DNA of 64,000 bases from Eledone cirrhosa (taxonomy: Eukaryota). Shown in pieces: positions 1-15,000 of this stretch; position 1 is the stretch's first letter, and each line of letters opens with the position of its first letter. The position numbers and the translations under genes were made by a program. Below the pieces are notes generated by a model. It ran no database searches and was not told where the DNA came from. It was given only the letters and a program-made list of their open reading frames with translations. The stretch covers positions 14,632,001 through 14,696,000 of the forward strand of contig OZ024744.1 in NCBI GenBank assembly GCA_964016885.1. The letters run 5' to 3'.

Positions 1-3000
1 ACTAAGTCATGTGCCTCCATTGCAAGGCCAATGCTCTAACCAGTAAGCCATGTGCCTCCATTGCAAGGCCAATACTCTAACCACTAAGTCATGTGCCTCC
101 AATGCAAGGCCAATGCTCTAACCACTAAGTCATGTGCCTCCATTGCAAGGTCAATGCTCTAACCACTAAGTCATGTGCCTCCATTGCAAGGACAATGCTC
201 TAACCACTAAGTCATGTGCCTACATTGCAAGGCCAATGCTCTAACCACTAAGTCATGTGCCTCCATTGCAAGGCCAATGCTCTAACCACTAAGTCATGCG
301 CCTCCATTGCAAGGCCAATGCTCTAACCACTAAGCCATGTGCCTCCATTGCAAGGCCAATGATCTAACCACTAAGCCATGTGCCTCCATTGCAAGGCCAA
401 TTCTCTAACCACTAAGCCATGTGCCTCCATTGCAAGGCCAATGCTCTAACCACAAATCATGTGCCTCCATTGCAAGGCCAATGCTCTAACCACTAAGTCA
501 TGTGCCTCCGTTGCAAGGCCAATGCTCTAACCACTAAACCATCTGCCTCCATTGCAAGGCCAATGCTCTAACCACTAAGCCATGTGCCTCCATTGTAAGG
601 CCAATGCTCTAACCACTAAGCCATGTGCCTCCATTGCAAGGCCAATGCTCTAACAACTAAGCCATGTGCCTACATTGCAAGTCCAATGCTCTAACCACTA
701 AGTCATGCGGCTCCATTGCAAGGCCAATGCTCTAACCACTAAGACATGTGCCTCCATTGAAAGTCCAATGCTCTAACCACTAAGCCATGTATCTCCATTG
801 CAAGGCGAATCTTCTAACCACTAAGCCATGTGCCTCCATTGCAAGGCCAATGCTCTAACCACTAAGTCATGTGCCTCCATTGCAAGGCCAATGCACTAAC
901 CACTAAGCCATGTGCCTCCATTGCAAGGCCAATGCTCTAACCACTAAACCATCTGCCTCCATTGCGAGGCCAATGCTCTAACCACTAAGCCATGTGCCTC
1001 CATTGCAAGGCCAATGCTCTAACCACTAAGCCATGTGCCTCCACTGCAAGGCCAATGCTCTAACCACTAAGTCATGTGCCTCCATTGCAAGGCCAATGCT
1101 CTAACCACTAAGCCATGTGCCTCCATTGCAAGGCCAATGTTCTAACCACTAATTCATGTGCCTCCATTGCAAGGCCAATGCTCTAACCACTAAGTCATGT
1201 GCCTCCATTGCAAGGCCAATGCTCTAACCACTAAACCATCTGCCTCCATTGCAAGGCCAATGTTCTAACCACTAAGTCATGTGCCTCCATTGCAAGGCCA
1301 ATGCTCTAACCACTAAGCCATGTGCCTCCATTGCAAGGCCAATACTCTAACCACTAAGTCATGTGCCTCCATTGCAAGGCCAATGCTCTAACCACTAAGT
1401 CATATGCCTCCATTTCAAGGTCAATGCTCTAACTACTAAGTCATGTGCCTCCATTGCAAGGCCAATGCTCTAACCACTAAGTCATGTGCCTCCATTGCAA
1501 GGCCAATGCTCTAACCACTAAGTCATGTGCCTCCATTACAAGGCCAATGCTCTAACCACTAAGCCATGTGCCTCCATTGCAAGGCCAATACTCTAACCAC
1601 TAAGTCATGTGCCTCCATTGCAAATCCAATGCTCTAACCTCTAAGTCATGTGCCTCCATTGTAAGATCAATGCTCTAACCACTAAGTCATGTGCCTCCAT
1701 TGCAAGGCCAATGCTCTAACCACTAAGTCATGTGCCTCCATTGCAAGGCCAATGCTCTAACCACTAAGTCATGTGCCTCCATTGCAAGGTCAATGCTCTA
1801 ACCACTAAGTCATGCGCCTCCATTGCAAGGCCAATGCTCTAACCACTAAGCCATGTGCCTCCATTGCAAGGCCAATGCTCTAATCACTAAGCCATGTGCC
1901 TCCATTGCAAGGCCAATGCTCTAACCACTAAACCATCTGCCTCCATTGCAAGGCCAATGCTCTACCCACTAAGTCATGTGCCTCCATTGCAAGGCCAATG
2001 CTCTAACCACTAAGCCATGTGCCTCCATTGCAAGGCCAATGCTCTAACCACTAAGCCATGTTCCTCCATTGCAAGGCCAATGCTCTAACCACTAAGTCAT
2101 GTTCCTCCATTGCAAAGCCAATGCTCTAACCACTAAGCCATGTGCCACCATTGCAAGGCCAATGCTCTAACCACTAAACCATCTGCCTCCGTTGCAAGGC
2201 CAATGCTCTAACCACTAAGCCATCTGCCTCCATTGCAAGGCCAATGCTCTAACCACTAAGCCATGTGCCTCCATTGCAAGGCCAATGCTCTAACCAATAA
2301 GCCATGTGCCTCCATTGCAAGGCCAATGCTCTAACCACTAAGTCATGTGCCTCCATTGCAAGGCCAATGCTCAAACCACTAAGCCATGTGCCTCCATTGC
2401 AAGGCCAATGCTCTAACCACTAAGCCATGTATCTCCATTGCAAGGCCAATGCTCTAACCACTAAGCCATGTGCCTCCATTGCAAGGCCAATGCTCTAACC
2501 ACTAAGACATGTGCCTCCATTGAAAGTCCAATGCTCTAACCACTAAGCCATGTATCTCCATTGCAAGGCCAATGATCTAACCACTAAGCCATGTGCCTCC
2601 ATTGCAAGGCCAATGCTCTAACCACTAAGTCATGTGCCTCCATTGCAAGGCCAATGCTCTAACCACTAAGCCATGTGCCTCCATTGCAAGGCCAATGCTC
2701 TAACCACTAAGCCATGTGCCTCCATTGCAAGGCCAATGCTCTAACCACTAAGCCATGTGCCTCCACTGCAAGGCCAATGCTCTAACCACTAAGTCATGTG
2801 CCTCCATTGCAAGGCCAATGCTCTAACCACTAAGCCATGTGCCTCCATTGCAAGGCCAATGTTCTAACCACTAAGTCATGTGCCTCCATTGCAAGGCCAA
2901 TGCTCTAACCACTAAGTCATGTGCCTCCATTGCAAGCCAATGCTCTAACCACTAAACCATCTGCCTCCATTGCGAGGCCAATGCTCTAACCACTAAGTCA

Positions 3001-6000
3001 TGTGCCTCCATTGCAAGGCCAATGCTCTAACCACTAAGCCATGTGCCTCCATTGCAAGGCCAATGCTCTAACCACTAAGTCATGTGCCTCCATTGTAAGG
3101 TCAATGCTCTAACCACTAAGTCATGTGCCTCCATTGCAAGGCCAATGCTCTAACCACTAAGCCATGTGCCTCCATTGCAAGGTCAATGCTCTAACCACTA
3201 AGCCATGTGCCTCCACTGCAAGGCCAATGCTCTAACCACTAAGTCATGTGCCTCCATTGCAAGGCCAATGCTCTAACCACTAAGTCATGTGCGTCCATTG
3301 CAAGGCCAATGCTCTAACCACTAAGCCATGTGCCTCCATTGCAAGGCCAATGCTCTAACCACTAAGCCATGTGCCTCCATTGCAAGGCCAATGCTCTAAC
3401 CACTAAGCCATGTGCTTCCATTGCAAGGCCAATGGTCTAACCACTAAGCCATGTGCCTCCATTGCAAGGCCAATGTTCTAACCACTAAGCCATGTGCCTC
3501 CATTGCAAGGCCAATGCTCTAACCACTAAGCCATGTGCCTCCATTGCAAGGCCAATGCTCTAACAACTAAGCCATGTGCCTACATTGCAAGTCCAATGCT
3601 CTAACCACTAAGTCATGCGGCTCCATTGCAAGGCCAATGCACTAACCACTAAGACATGTGCCTCCATTGAAAGTCCAATGCTCTAACCACTAAGCCATGT
3701 ATCTCCATTGCAAGGCCAATCTTCTAACCACTAAGCCATGTGCCTCCATTGCAAGGCCAATGCTCTAACCACTAAGTCATGTGCCTCCATTGCAAGGCCA
3801 ATGCACTAACCACTAAGCCATGTGCCTCCATTGCAAGGCCAATGCTCTAACCACTAAACCATCTGCCTCCATTGCGAGGCCAATGCTCTAACCACTAAGC
3901 CATGTGCCTCCATTGCAAGGCCAATGCTCTAACCACTAAGCCATGTGCCTCCACTGCAAGGCCAATGCTCTAACCACTAAGTCATGTGCCTCCATTGCAA
4001 GGCCAATGCTCTAACCACTAAACCATCTGCCTCCATTGCAAGGCCAATGTTCTAACCACTAAGTAATGTGCCTCCATTGCAAGGCCAATGCTCTAACCAC
4101 TAAGCCATGTGCCTCCATTGCAAGGCCAATACTCTAACCACTAAGTCATGTGCCTCCATTGCAAGGCCAATGCTCTAACCACTAAGTCATATGCCTCCAT
4201 TGCAAGGTCAATGCTCTTACCACTAAGTCATGTGCCTCCATTGCAAGGCCAATGCTCTAACCACTAAGTCATGCGCCTCCATTGCAAGGCCAATGCTCTA
4301 ACCACTAAGCCATGTGCCTCCATTGCAAGGCCAATGCTCTAATCACTAAGCCATGTGCCTCCATTGCAAGGCCAATGCTCTAACCACTAAACCATCTGCC
4401 TCCATTGCAAAGCCAATGCTCTAACCACTAAGCCATGTGCCACCATTGCAAGGCCAATGCTCTAACCACTAAACCATCTGCCTCCGTCGCAAGGCCAATG
4501 CTCTAACCACTAAGCCATGTGCCTCCATTGCAAGGCCAATGCTCTAACCAATAAGCCATGTGCCTCCATTGCAAGGCCAATGCTCTAACCACTAAGTCAT
4601 GTGCCTCCATTGCAAGGCCAATGCTCAAACCACTAAGCCATGTGCATCCATTGCAAGGCCAATGCTCTAACCACTAAGCCATGTGCCTCCATTGCAAGGC
4701 CATTGCTCTAACAACTAAGCCATGTGCCTCCATTGCAAGGCCAACGCTCTAACCACTAAGCCATGTGCCTCCATTGCAAGGCCAATGCTCTAACCACTAA
4801 GCCATGTGCCTCCATTGCAAGGCCAATGTTCTAACCACAAAGTCATGTGCCTCCATTGCAAGGCCAATGCTCTAACCACTAAGTCATGTGCCTCCATTGC
4901 AAGCCAATGCTCTAACCACTAAACCATCTGCCTCCATTGCGAGGCCAATGCTCTAACCACTAAGTCATGTGCCTCCATTGCAAGGCCAATGCTCTAACCA
5001 CTAAGCCATGTGCCTCCATTGCAAGGCCAATGCTCTAACCACTAAGTCATGTGCCTCCATTGTAAGGTCAATGCTCTAACCACTAAGTCATGTGCCTCCA
5101 TTGCAAGGCCAATGCTCTAACCACTAAGCCATGTGCCTCCATTGCAAGGTCAATGCTCTAACCACTAAGCCTATGTGCCTCCACTGCAAGGCCAATGCTC
5201 TAACCACTAAGTCATGTGCCTCCATTGCAAGGCCAATGCTCTAACCACTAAGTCATGTGCGTCCATTGCAAGGCCAATGCTCTAACCACTAAGCCATGTG
5301 CCTCCATTGCAAGGCCAATGCTCTAACCACTAAGCCATGTGCCTCCATTGCAAGGCCAATGCTCTAACCACTAAGCCATGTGCTTCCATTGCAAGGCCAA
5401 TGGTCTAACCACTAAGCCATGTGCCTCCATTGCAAGGCCAATGTTCTAACCACTAAGCCATGTGCCTCCATTGCAAGGCCAATGCTCTAACCACTAAGCC
5501 ATGTGCCTCCATTGCAAGGCCAATGCTCTAACAACTAAGCCATGTGCCTACATTGCAAGTCCAATGCTCTAACCACTAAGTCATGCGGCTCCATTGCAAG
5601 GCCAATGCTCTAACCACTAAGACATGTGCCTCCATTGAAAGTCCAATGCTCTAACCACTAAGCCATGTATCTCCATTGCAAGGCCAATCTTCTAACCACT
5701 AAGCCATGTGCCTCCATTGCAAGGCCAATGCTCTAACCACTAAGTCATGTGCCTCCATTGCAAGGCCAATGCACTAACCACTAAGCCATGTGCCTCCATT
5801 GCAAGGCCAATGCTCTAACCACTAAACCATCTGCCTCCATTGCGAGGCCAATGCTCTAACCACTAAGCCATGTGCCTCCATTGCAAGGCCAATGCTCTAA
5901 CCACTAAGCCATGTGCCTCCACTGCAAGGCCAATGCTCTAACCACTAAGTCATGTGCCTCCATTGCAAGGCCAATGCTCTAACCACTAAACCATCTGCCT

Positions 6001-9000
6001 CCATTGCAAGGCCAATGTTCTAACCACTAAGTAATGTGCCTCCATTGCAAGGCCAATGCTCTAACCACTAAGCCATGTGCCTCCATTGCAAGGCCAATAC
6101 TCTAACCACTAAGTCATGTGCCTCCATTGCAAGGCCAATGCTCTAACCACTAAGTCATATGCCTCCATTGCAAGGTCAATGCTCTTACCACTAAGTCATG
6201 TGCCTCCATTGCAAGGCCAATGCTCTAACCACTAAGTCATGCGCCTCCATTGCAAGGCCAATGCTCTAACCACTAAGCCATGTGCCTCCATTGCAAGGCC
6301 AATGCTCTAATCACTAAGCCATGTGCCTCCATTGCAAGGCCAATGCTCTAACCACTAAACCATCTGCCTCCATTGCAAAGCCAATGCTCTAACCACTAAG
6401 CCATGTGCCACCATTGCAAGGCCAATGCTCTAACCACTAAACCATCTGCCTCCGTCGCAAGGCCAATGCTCTAACCACTAAGCCATGTGCCTCCATTGCA
6501 AGGCCAATGCTCTAACCAATAAGCCATGTGCCTCCATTGCAAGGCCAATGCTCTAACCACTAAGTCATGTGCCTCCATTGCAAGGCCAATGCTCAAACCA
6601 CTAAGCCATGTGCATCCATTGCAAGGCCAATGCTCTAACCACTAAGCCATGTGCCTCCATTGCAAGGCCATTGCTCTAACAACTAAGCCATGTGCCTCCA
6701 TTGCAAGGCCAACGCTCTAACCACTAAGCCATGTGCCTCCATTGCAAGGCCAATGCTCTAACCACTAAGCCATGTGCCTCCATTGCAAGGCCAATGCTCT
6801 AACCACTAAGCCATGTTCCTCCATTGCAAGGCCAATGCTCTAACCACTAAGTCATGTTCCTCCATTGCAAAGCCAATGCTCTAACCACTATGCCATGTGC
6901 CACCATTGCAAGGCCAATGCTCTAACCACTAAACCATCTGCCTCCGTTGCAAGGCCAATGCTCTAACCACTAAGCCATGTGCCTCCATTGCAAGGCCAAT
7001 GCTCTAACAACTAAGCCATGTGCCTACATTGCAAGTCCAATGCTCTAACCACTAAGTCATGCGGCTCCATTGCAAGGCCAATGCTCTAACCACTAAGACA
7101 TGTGCCTCCATTGAAAGTCCAATGCTCTAACCACTAAGCCATGTATCTCCATTGCAAGGCCAATGCTCTAACCACTAAGCCATGTGCCTCCATTGCAAGG
7201 CCAATGCTCTAACCACTAAGTCATGTGCCTCCATTGCAAGGCCAATGCTCTAACCACTAAGCCATGTGCCTCCATTGCAAGGCCAATGCTCTAACCACTA
7301 AGCCATGTGCCTCCATTGCAAGGCCAATGTTCTAACCACTAAGTCATGTGCCTCCATTGCAAGGCCAATGCTCTAACCACTAAGTCATGTGCCTCCATTG
7401 CAAGGCCAATGCTCTAACCACTAAACCATCTGCCTCCATTGCAAGGCCAATGCTCTACCCACTAAGTCATGTGCCTCCATTGCAAGGCCAATGCTCTAAC
7501 CACTAAGCCATGTGCCTCCATTGCAAGCCCAATGCTCTAACCACTAAGCCATGTTCCTCCATTGCAAGGCCAATGCTCTAACCACTAAGTCATGTTCCTC
7601 CATTGCAAAGCCAATGCTCTAACCACTAAGCCATGTGCCACCATTGCAAGGCCAATGCTCTAACCACTAAACCATCTGCCTCCGTCGCAAGGCCAATGCT
7701 CTAACCACTAAGCCATGTGCCTCCATTGCAAGGCCAATGCTCTAACCAATAAGCCATGTGCCTCCATTGCAAGGCCAATGCTCTAACCACTAAGTCATGT
7801 GCCTCCATTGCAAGGCCAATGCTCAAACCACTAAGCCATGTGCATCCATTGCAAGGCCAATGCTCTAACCACTAAGCCATGTGCCTCCATTGCAAGGCCA
7901 TTGCTCTAACAACTAAGCCATGTGCCTCCATTGCAAGGCCAACGCTCTAACCACTAAGCCATGTGCCTCCATTGCAAGGCCAATGCTCTAACCACTAAGC
8001 CATGTGCCTCCATTGCAAGGCCAATGCTCTAACCACTAAGCCATGTTCCTCCATTGCAAGGCCAATGCTCTAACCACTAAGTCATGTTCCTCCATTGCAA
8101 AGCCAATGCTCTAACCACTAAGCCATGTGCCACCATTGCAAGGCCAATGCTCTAACCACTAAACCATCTGCCTCCGTTGCAAGGCCAATGCTCTAACCAC
8201 TAAGCCATCTGCCTCCATTGCAAGGTCAATGCTCTAACCACTAAGCTATGTGCCTCCATTGCAAGGCCAATGCTCTAACCAATAAGCCATGTGCCTCCAT
8301 TGCAAGGCCAATGCTCTAACCACTAAGCCATGTGCCTCCATTGCAAGGCCAATGCTCTAACCACTAAGTCATGTGCCTCCATTGCAAGGCCAATGCTCTA
8401 ACCACTAAGCCATGTGCCTCCATTGCAAGGCCAATGCTCTAACCACTAAGCCATGTGCCTCCATTGCAAGGCCAATGTTCTAACCACTAAGTCATGTGCC
8501 TCCATTGCAAGGCCAATGCTCTAACCACTAAGTCATGTGCCTCCATTGCAAGGCCAATGCTCTAACCACTAAGTCATGTGCCTCCATTGCAAGGTCAATG
8601 CTCTAACCACTAAACCATCTGCCTCCATTGCGAGGCCAATGCTCTAACCACTAAGTCATGTGCCTCCATTGCAAGGCCAATGCTCTAACCACTAAGCCAT
8701 GTGCCTGCATTGCAAGGCCAATACTCTAACCACTAAGTCATGTGCCTCCATTGCAAGGCCAATGCTCTAACCACTAAGTCATGTGCCTCCATTGCAAGGT
8801 CAATGCTCTAACCACTAAGTCATGTGCCTCCATTACAAGGCCAATGCTCTAACCACTAAGCCATGTGCCTCCATTGCAAGGCCAATACTCTAACCACTAA
8901 GTAATGTGCCTCCATTGCAAAGCCAATGCTCTAACCACTAAGTCATGTGCCTCCATTGTAAGATCAATGCTCTAACCACTAAGTCATGTGCCTCCATTGC

Positions 9001-12000
9001 AAGGCCAATGCTCTAACCACTAAGTCATGTGCCTCCATTGCAAGGCCAATGCTCTAACTACTAAGTCATGTGCCTCCATTGCAAGGCCAATGCTCTAACC
9101 ACTAAGTCATGCGCCTCCATTGCAAGGCCAATGCTCTAACCACTAAGCCATGTGCCTCCATTGCAAGGCCAATGCTCTAATCACTAAGCCATGTGCCTCC
9201 ATTGCAAGGCCAATGCTCTAACCACTAAACCATCTGCCTCCATTGCAAGGCCAATGCTCTACCCACTAAGTCATGTGCCTCCATTGCAAGGCCAATGCTC
9301 TAACCACTAAGCCATGTGCCTCCATTGCAAGCCCAATGCTCTAACCACTAAGCCATGTTCCTCCATTGCAAGGCCAATGCTCTAACCACTAAGTCATGTT
9401 CCTCCATTGCAAAGCCAATGCTCTAACCACTAAGCCATGTGCCACCATTGCAAGGCCAATGCTCTAACCACTAAACCATCTGCCTCCGTTGCAAGGCCAA
9501 TGCTCTAACCACTAAGCCATCTGCCTCCATTGCAAGGTCAATGCTCTAACCACTAAGCTATGTGCCTCCATTGCAAGGCCAATGCTCTAACCAATAAGCC
9601 ATGTGCCTCCATTGCAAGGCCAATGCTCTAACCACTAAGTCATGTGCCTCCATTGCAAGGCCAATGCTCAAACCACTAAGCAGTGTGCCTCCATTGCAAG
9701 GCCAATGCTCTAACCACTAAGCCATGTGCCTCCATTGCAAGGCCAATGCTCTAACAACTAAGCCATGTGCCTCCATTGCAAGGCCAACGCTCTAACCACT
9801 AAGCCATGTGCCTCCATTGCAAGGCCAATGCTCTAACCACTAAGCCATGTGCCTCCATTGCAAGGCCAATGCTCTAACCACTAAGCCATGTGCCTCCATT
9901 GCAAGGCCAATGTTGTAACCACTAAGTCATGTGCCTCCATTGCAAGGCCAATGCTCTAACCACTAAGTCATGTTCCTCCATTGCAAAGCCAATGCTCTAA
10001 CCACTAAGCCATGTGCCACCATTGCAAGGCCAATGCTCTAACCACTAAACCATCTGCCTCCGTTGCAAGGCCAATGCTCTAACCACTAAGCCATCTGCCT
10101 CCATTGCAAGGCCAATGCTCTAACCACTAAGCCATGTGCCTCCATTGCAAGGCCAATGCTCTAACCACTAAGTCATGTGCCTCCATTGCAAGGCCAATGC
10201 TCTAACCACTAAACCATCTGCTTCCATTGCAAGGCCAATGCTCTAACCACTAAGTCATGTGCCTCCATTGCAAGGCCAATGCTCTAACCACTAAGCCATG
10301 TGCCTCCATTGCAAGGCCAATGCTCTAACCACTAAGCCATGTTCCTCCATTGCAAGGCCAATGCTCTAACCACTAAGTCATGTTCCTCCATTGCAAATCC
10401 AATGCTCTAACCACTAAGCCATGTGCCTCCATTGCAAGGCCAATGCTCTAACCACTAAGCCATGTGCCACCATTGCAAGGCCAATGCTCTAACCACTAAG
10501 TCATGTGCCACCATTGCAAGGCCAATGCTCTAACCACTAAACCATCTGCCTCCGTTGCAAGGCCAATGCTCTAAGCACTAAGCCATCTGCCTCCATTGCA
10601 AGGCCAATGCTCTAACCACTAAGCCATGTGCCTCCATTGCAAGGCCAATGCTCTAACCAATAAGCCATGTGCCTCCATTGCAAGGCCAATACTCTAACCA
10701 CTAAGCCATGTGCCTCCATTGCAAGGGCAATGCTCTAACCAATAAGCCATGTGCCTCCATTGCAAGGCCAATGCTCTAACCACTAACCCATGTTCCTCCA
10801 TTGCAAGGACAATGCTCTAACCACTAAGTCATGTTCCTCCATTGCAAAGCCAATGCTCTAACCACTAAGCCATGTGCCCCCGTTGCAAGGCCAATGCTCT
10901 AACCACTAAGCCATGTGCCACCATTGCAAGGCCAATACTCTAACCACTAAGCCATGTGCCACCATTGCAAGGCCAATGCTCTAACCACTAAACCATCTGC
11001 CTCCATTGCAAGGCCAATGCTCTAACCACTAAGCCATCTGCCTCCATTGCAAGGCCAATGCTCTAACCACTAAGCCATGTGCCTCCATTGCAAGGCCAAT
11101 GCTCTAACCAATAAGCCATGTGCCTCCATTGCAAGGCCAATACTCTAACCACTAAGTCATGTGCCTCCATTGCAAGGCCAATGCTCTAACCACTAAGCCA
11201 CGTGCCTCCATTGCAAGGCCAATGCTCTAACCACAAATCATGTGCCTCCATTGCAAGGCCAATGCTCTAACCACTAAGCCATGTGCCTCCATTGCAAGGC
11301 CAATGCTCTAACAACTAAGCCATGTGCCTACATTGCAAGTCCAATGCTCTAACCACTAAGTCATGCGGCTCCATTGCAAGGCCAATGCTCTAACCACTAA
11401 GACATGTGCCTCCATTGAAAGTCCAATGCTCTAACCACTAAGCCATGTATCTCCATTGCAAGGCCAATGCTCTAACCACTAAGCCATGTGCCTCCATTGC
11501 AAGGCCAATGCTCTAACCACTAAGTCATGTGCCTCCATTGCAAGGCCAATGCTCTAACCACTAAGCCATGTGCCTCCATTGCAAGGCCAATGCTCTAACC
11601 ACTAAGCCATGTGCCTCCACTGCAAGGCCAATGCTCTAACCACTAAGTCATGTGCCTCCATTGCAAGGCCAATGCTCTAACCACTAAGCCATGTGCCTCC
11701 ATTGCAAGGCCAATGTTCTAACCACTAAGTCATGTGCCTCCATTGCAAGGCCAATGCTCTAACCACTAAGTCATGTGCCTCCATTGCAAGGCCAATGCTC
11801 TAACCACTAAACCATCTGCCTCCATTGCGAGGCCAATGCTCTAACCACTAAGTCATGTGCCTCCATTGCAAGGTCAATGCTCTAACCACTAAGCCATGTG
11901 CCTCCATTGCAAGGCCAATGCTCTAACCACTAAGTCATGTGCCTCCATTGCAAGGTCAATGCTCTAACCACTAAGTCATGTGCCTCCATTGCAAGGCCAA

Positions 12001-15000
12001 TGCTCTAACCACTAAGCCATCTGCCTCCATTGCAAGGCCAATGCTCTAACCACTAAGCCATGTGCCTCCATTGCAAGGCCAATGCACTAACCACTAAGTC
12101 ATGTGCCTCCATTGCAAGGCCAATGCTCTAACCACTAAACCATCTGCTTCCATTGCAAGGCCAATGCTCTAACCACTAAGTCACGTGCCTCCATTGCAAG
12201 GCCAATGCTCTAACCACTAAGCCATGTGCCTCCATTGCAAGGCCAATGCTCTAACCACTAAGCCATGTGCCACCATTGCAAGGCCAATGCTCTAACCACT
12301 AAGTCATGTGCCACCATTGCAAGGCCAATGCTCTAACCACTAAACCATCTGCCTCCGTTGCAAGGCCAATGCTCTAACCACTAAGCCATCTGCCTCCATT
12401 GCAAGGCCAATGCTCTAACCACTAAGCCATGTGCCTCCGTTGCAAGGCCAATGCTCTAACCAATAAGCCATGTGCCTCCATTGCAAGGCCAATACTCTAA
12501 CCACTAAGCCATGTGCCTCCATTGCAAGGGCAATGCTCTAACCAATAAGCCATGTGCCTCCATTGCAAGGCCAATGCTCTAACCACTAACCCATGTTCCT
12601 CCATTGCAAGAACAATGCTCTAACCACTAAGTCATGTTCCTCCATTGCAAAGCCAATGCTCTAACCACTAAGCCATGTGCCCCCATTGCAAGGCCAATGC
12701 TCTAACCACTAAGCCATGTGCCACCATTGCAAGGCCAATGCTCTAACCACTAAGCCATGTGCCACCATTGCAAGGCCAATGCTCTAACCACTAAACCATC
12801 TGCCTCCATTGCAAGGCCAATGCTCTAACCACTAAGCCATCTGCCTCCATTGCAAGGCCAATGCTCTAACCACTAAGCCATGTGCCTCCATTGCAAGGCC
12901 AATGCTCTAACCAATAAGCCATGTGCCTCCATTGCAAGGCCAATACTCTAACCACTAAGTCATGTGCCTCCATTGCAAGGCCAATGCTCTAACCACTAAG
13001 CCATGTGCCTCCATTGCAAGGCCAATGCTCTAACCACAAATCATGTGCCTCCATTGCAAGGCCAATGCTCTAACCACTAAGCCATGTGCCTCCATTGCAA
13101 GGCCAATGCTCTAACAACTAAGCCATGTGCCTACATTGCAAGTCCAATGCTCTAACCACTAAGTCATGCGGCTCCATTGCAAGGCCAATGCTCTAACCAC
13201 TAAGACATGTGCCTCCATTGAAAGTCCAATGCTCTAACCACTAAGCCATGTATCTCCATTGCAAGGCCAATGCTCTAACCACTAAGCCATGTGCCTCCAT
13301 TGCAAGGCCAATGCTCTAACCACTAAGTCATGTGCCTCCATTGCAAGGCCAATGCTCTAACCACTAAGCCATGTGCCTCCATTGCAAGGCCAATGCTCTA
13401 ACCACTAAGCCATGTGCCTCCATTGCAAGGCCAATGCTCTAACCACTAAGCCATGTGCCTCCACTGCAAGGCCAATGCTCTAACCACTAAGTCATGTGCC
13501 TCCATTGCAAGGCCAATGCTCTAACCACTAAGCCATGTGCCTCCATTGCAAGGCCAATGTTCTAACCACTAAGTCATGTGCCTCCATTGCAAGGCCAATG
13601 CTCTAACCACTAAGTCATGTGCCTCCATTGCAAGGCCAATGCTCTAACCACTAAACCATCTGCCTCCATTGCGAGGCCAATGCTCTAACCACTAAGTCAT
13701 GTGCCTCCATTGCAAGGCCAATGCTCTAACCACTAAGCCATGTGCCTCCATTGCAAGGCCAATACTCTAACCACTAAGTCATGTGCCTCCATTGCAAGGC
13801 CAATGCTCTAACCACTAAGTCATGTGCCTCCATTGCAAGGTCAATGCTCTAACCACTAAGTCATGTGCCTCCATTGCAAGGCCAATGCTCTAACCACTAA
13901 GTCATGTGCCTCCATTGCAAGGCCAATGCCCTAACCACTAAGTCATGTGCCTCCATTGCAAGGCCAATGCTCTAACCACTAAGCCATGTGCCTCCATTGC
14001 AAGGCCAATACTCTAACCACTAAGTCATGTGCCTCCATTGCAAGGCCAATGCTCTAACCACTAAGTCATGTGCCTCCATTGTAAGGTCAATGCTCTAACC
14101 ACTAAGTCATGTGCCTCCATTGCAAGGCCAATGCTCTAACCACTAAGTCATGTGCCTCCATTGCAAGGCCAATGCTCTAACCACTAAGTCATGTGCCTCC
14201 ATTGCAAGGCCAATGCTCTAACCACTAAGTCATGCGCCTCCATTGCAAGGCCAATGCTCTAACCACTAAGCCATGTGCCTCCATTGCAAGGCCAATGCTC
14301 TAACCACTAAGCCATGTGCCTCCATTGCAAGGCCAATGCTCTAACCACTAAACCATCTGCCTCCATTGCAAGGCCAATGCTCTACCCACTAAGTCATGTG
14401 CCTCCATTGCAAGGCCAATGCTCTAACCACTAAGCCATGTTCCTCCATTGCAAGGCCAATGCTCTAACCACTAAGTCATGTTCCCCCATTGCAAAGCCAA
14501 TGCTCTAACCACTAAGCCATGTGCCACCATTGCAAGGCCAATGCTCTAACCACTAAACCATCTGCCTCCGTTGCAAGGCCAATGCTCTAACCACTAAGCC
14601 ATCTGCCTCCATTGCAAGGCCAATGCTCTAACCACTAAGCCATGTGCCTCCATTGCAAGGCCAATGCTCTAACCAATAAGCCATGTGCCTCCATTGCAAG
14701 GCCAATGCTCTAACCACTAAGTCATGTGCCTCCATTGCAAGGCCAATGCTCAAACCACTAAGCCATGTGCCTCCATTGCAAGGCCAATGCTCTAACCACT
14801 AAGCCATGTGCCTCCATTGCAAGGCCAATGCTCTAACAACTAAGCCATGTGCCTCCATTGCAAGGCCAACGCTCTACCCACTAAGCCATGTGCCTCCATT
14901 GCAAGGCCAATGCTCTAACCACTAAGCCATGTGCCTCCATTGCAAGGCCAATGTTGTAACCACTAAGTCATGTGCCTCCATTGCAAGGCCAATGCTCTAA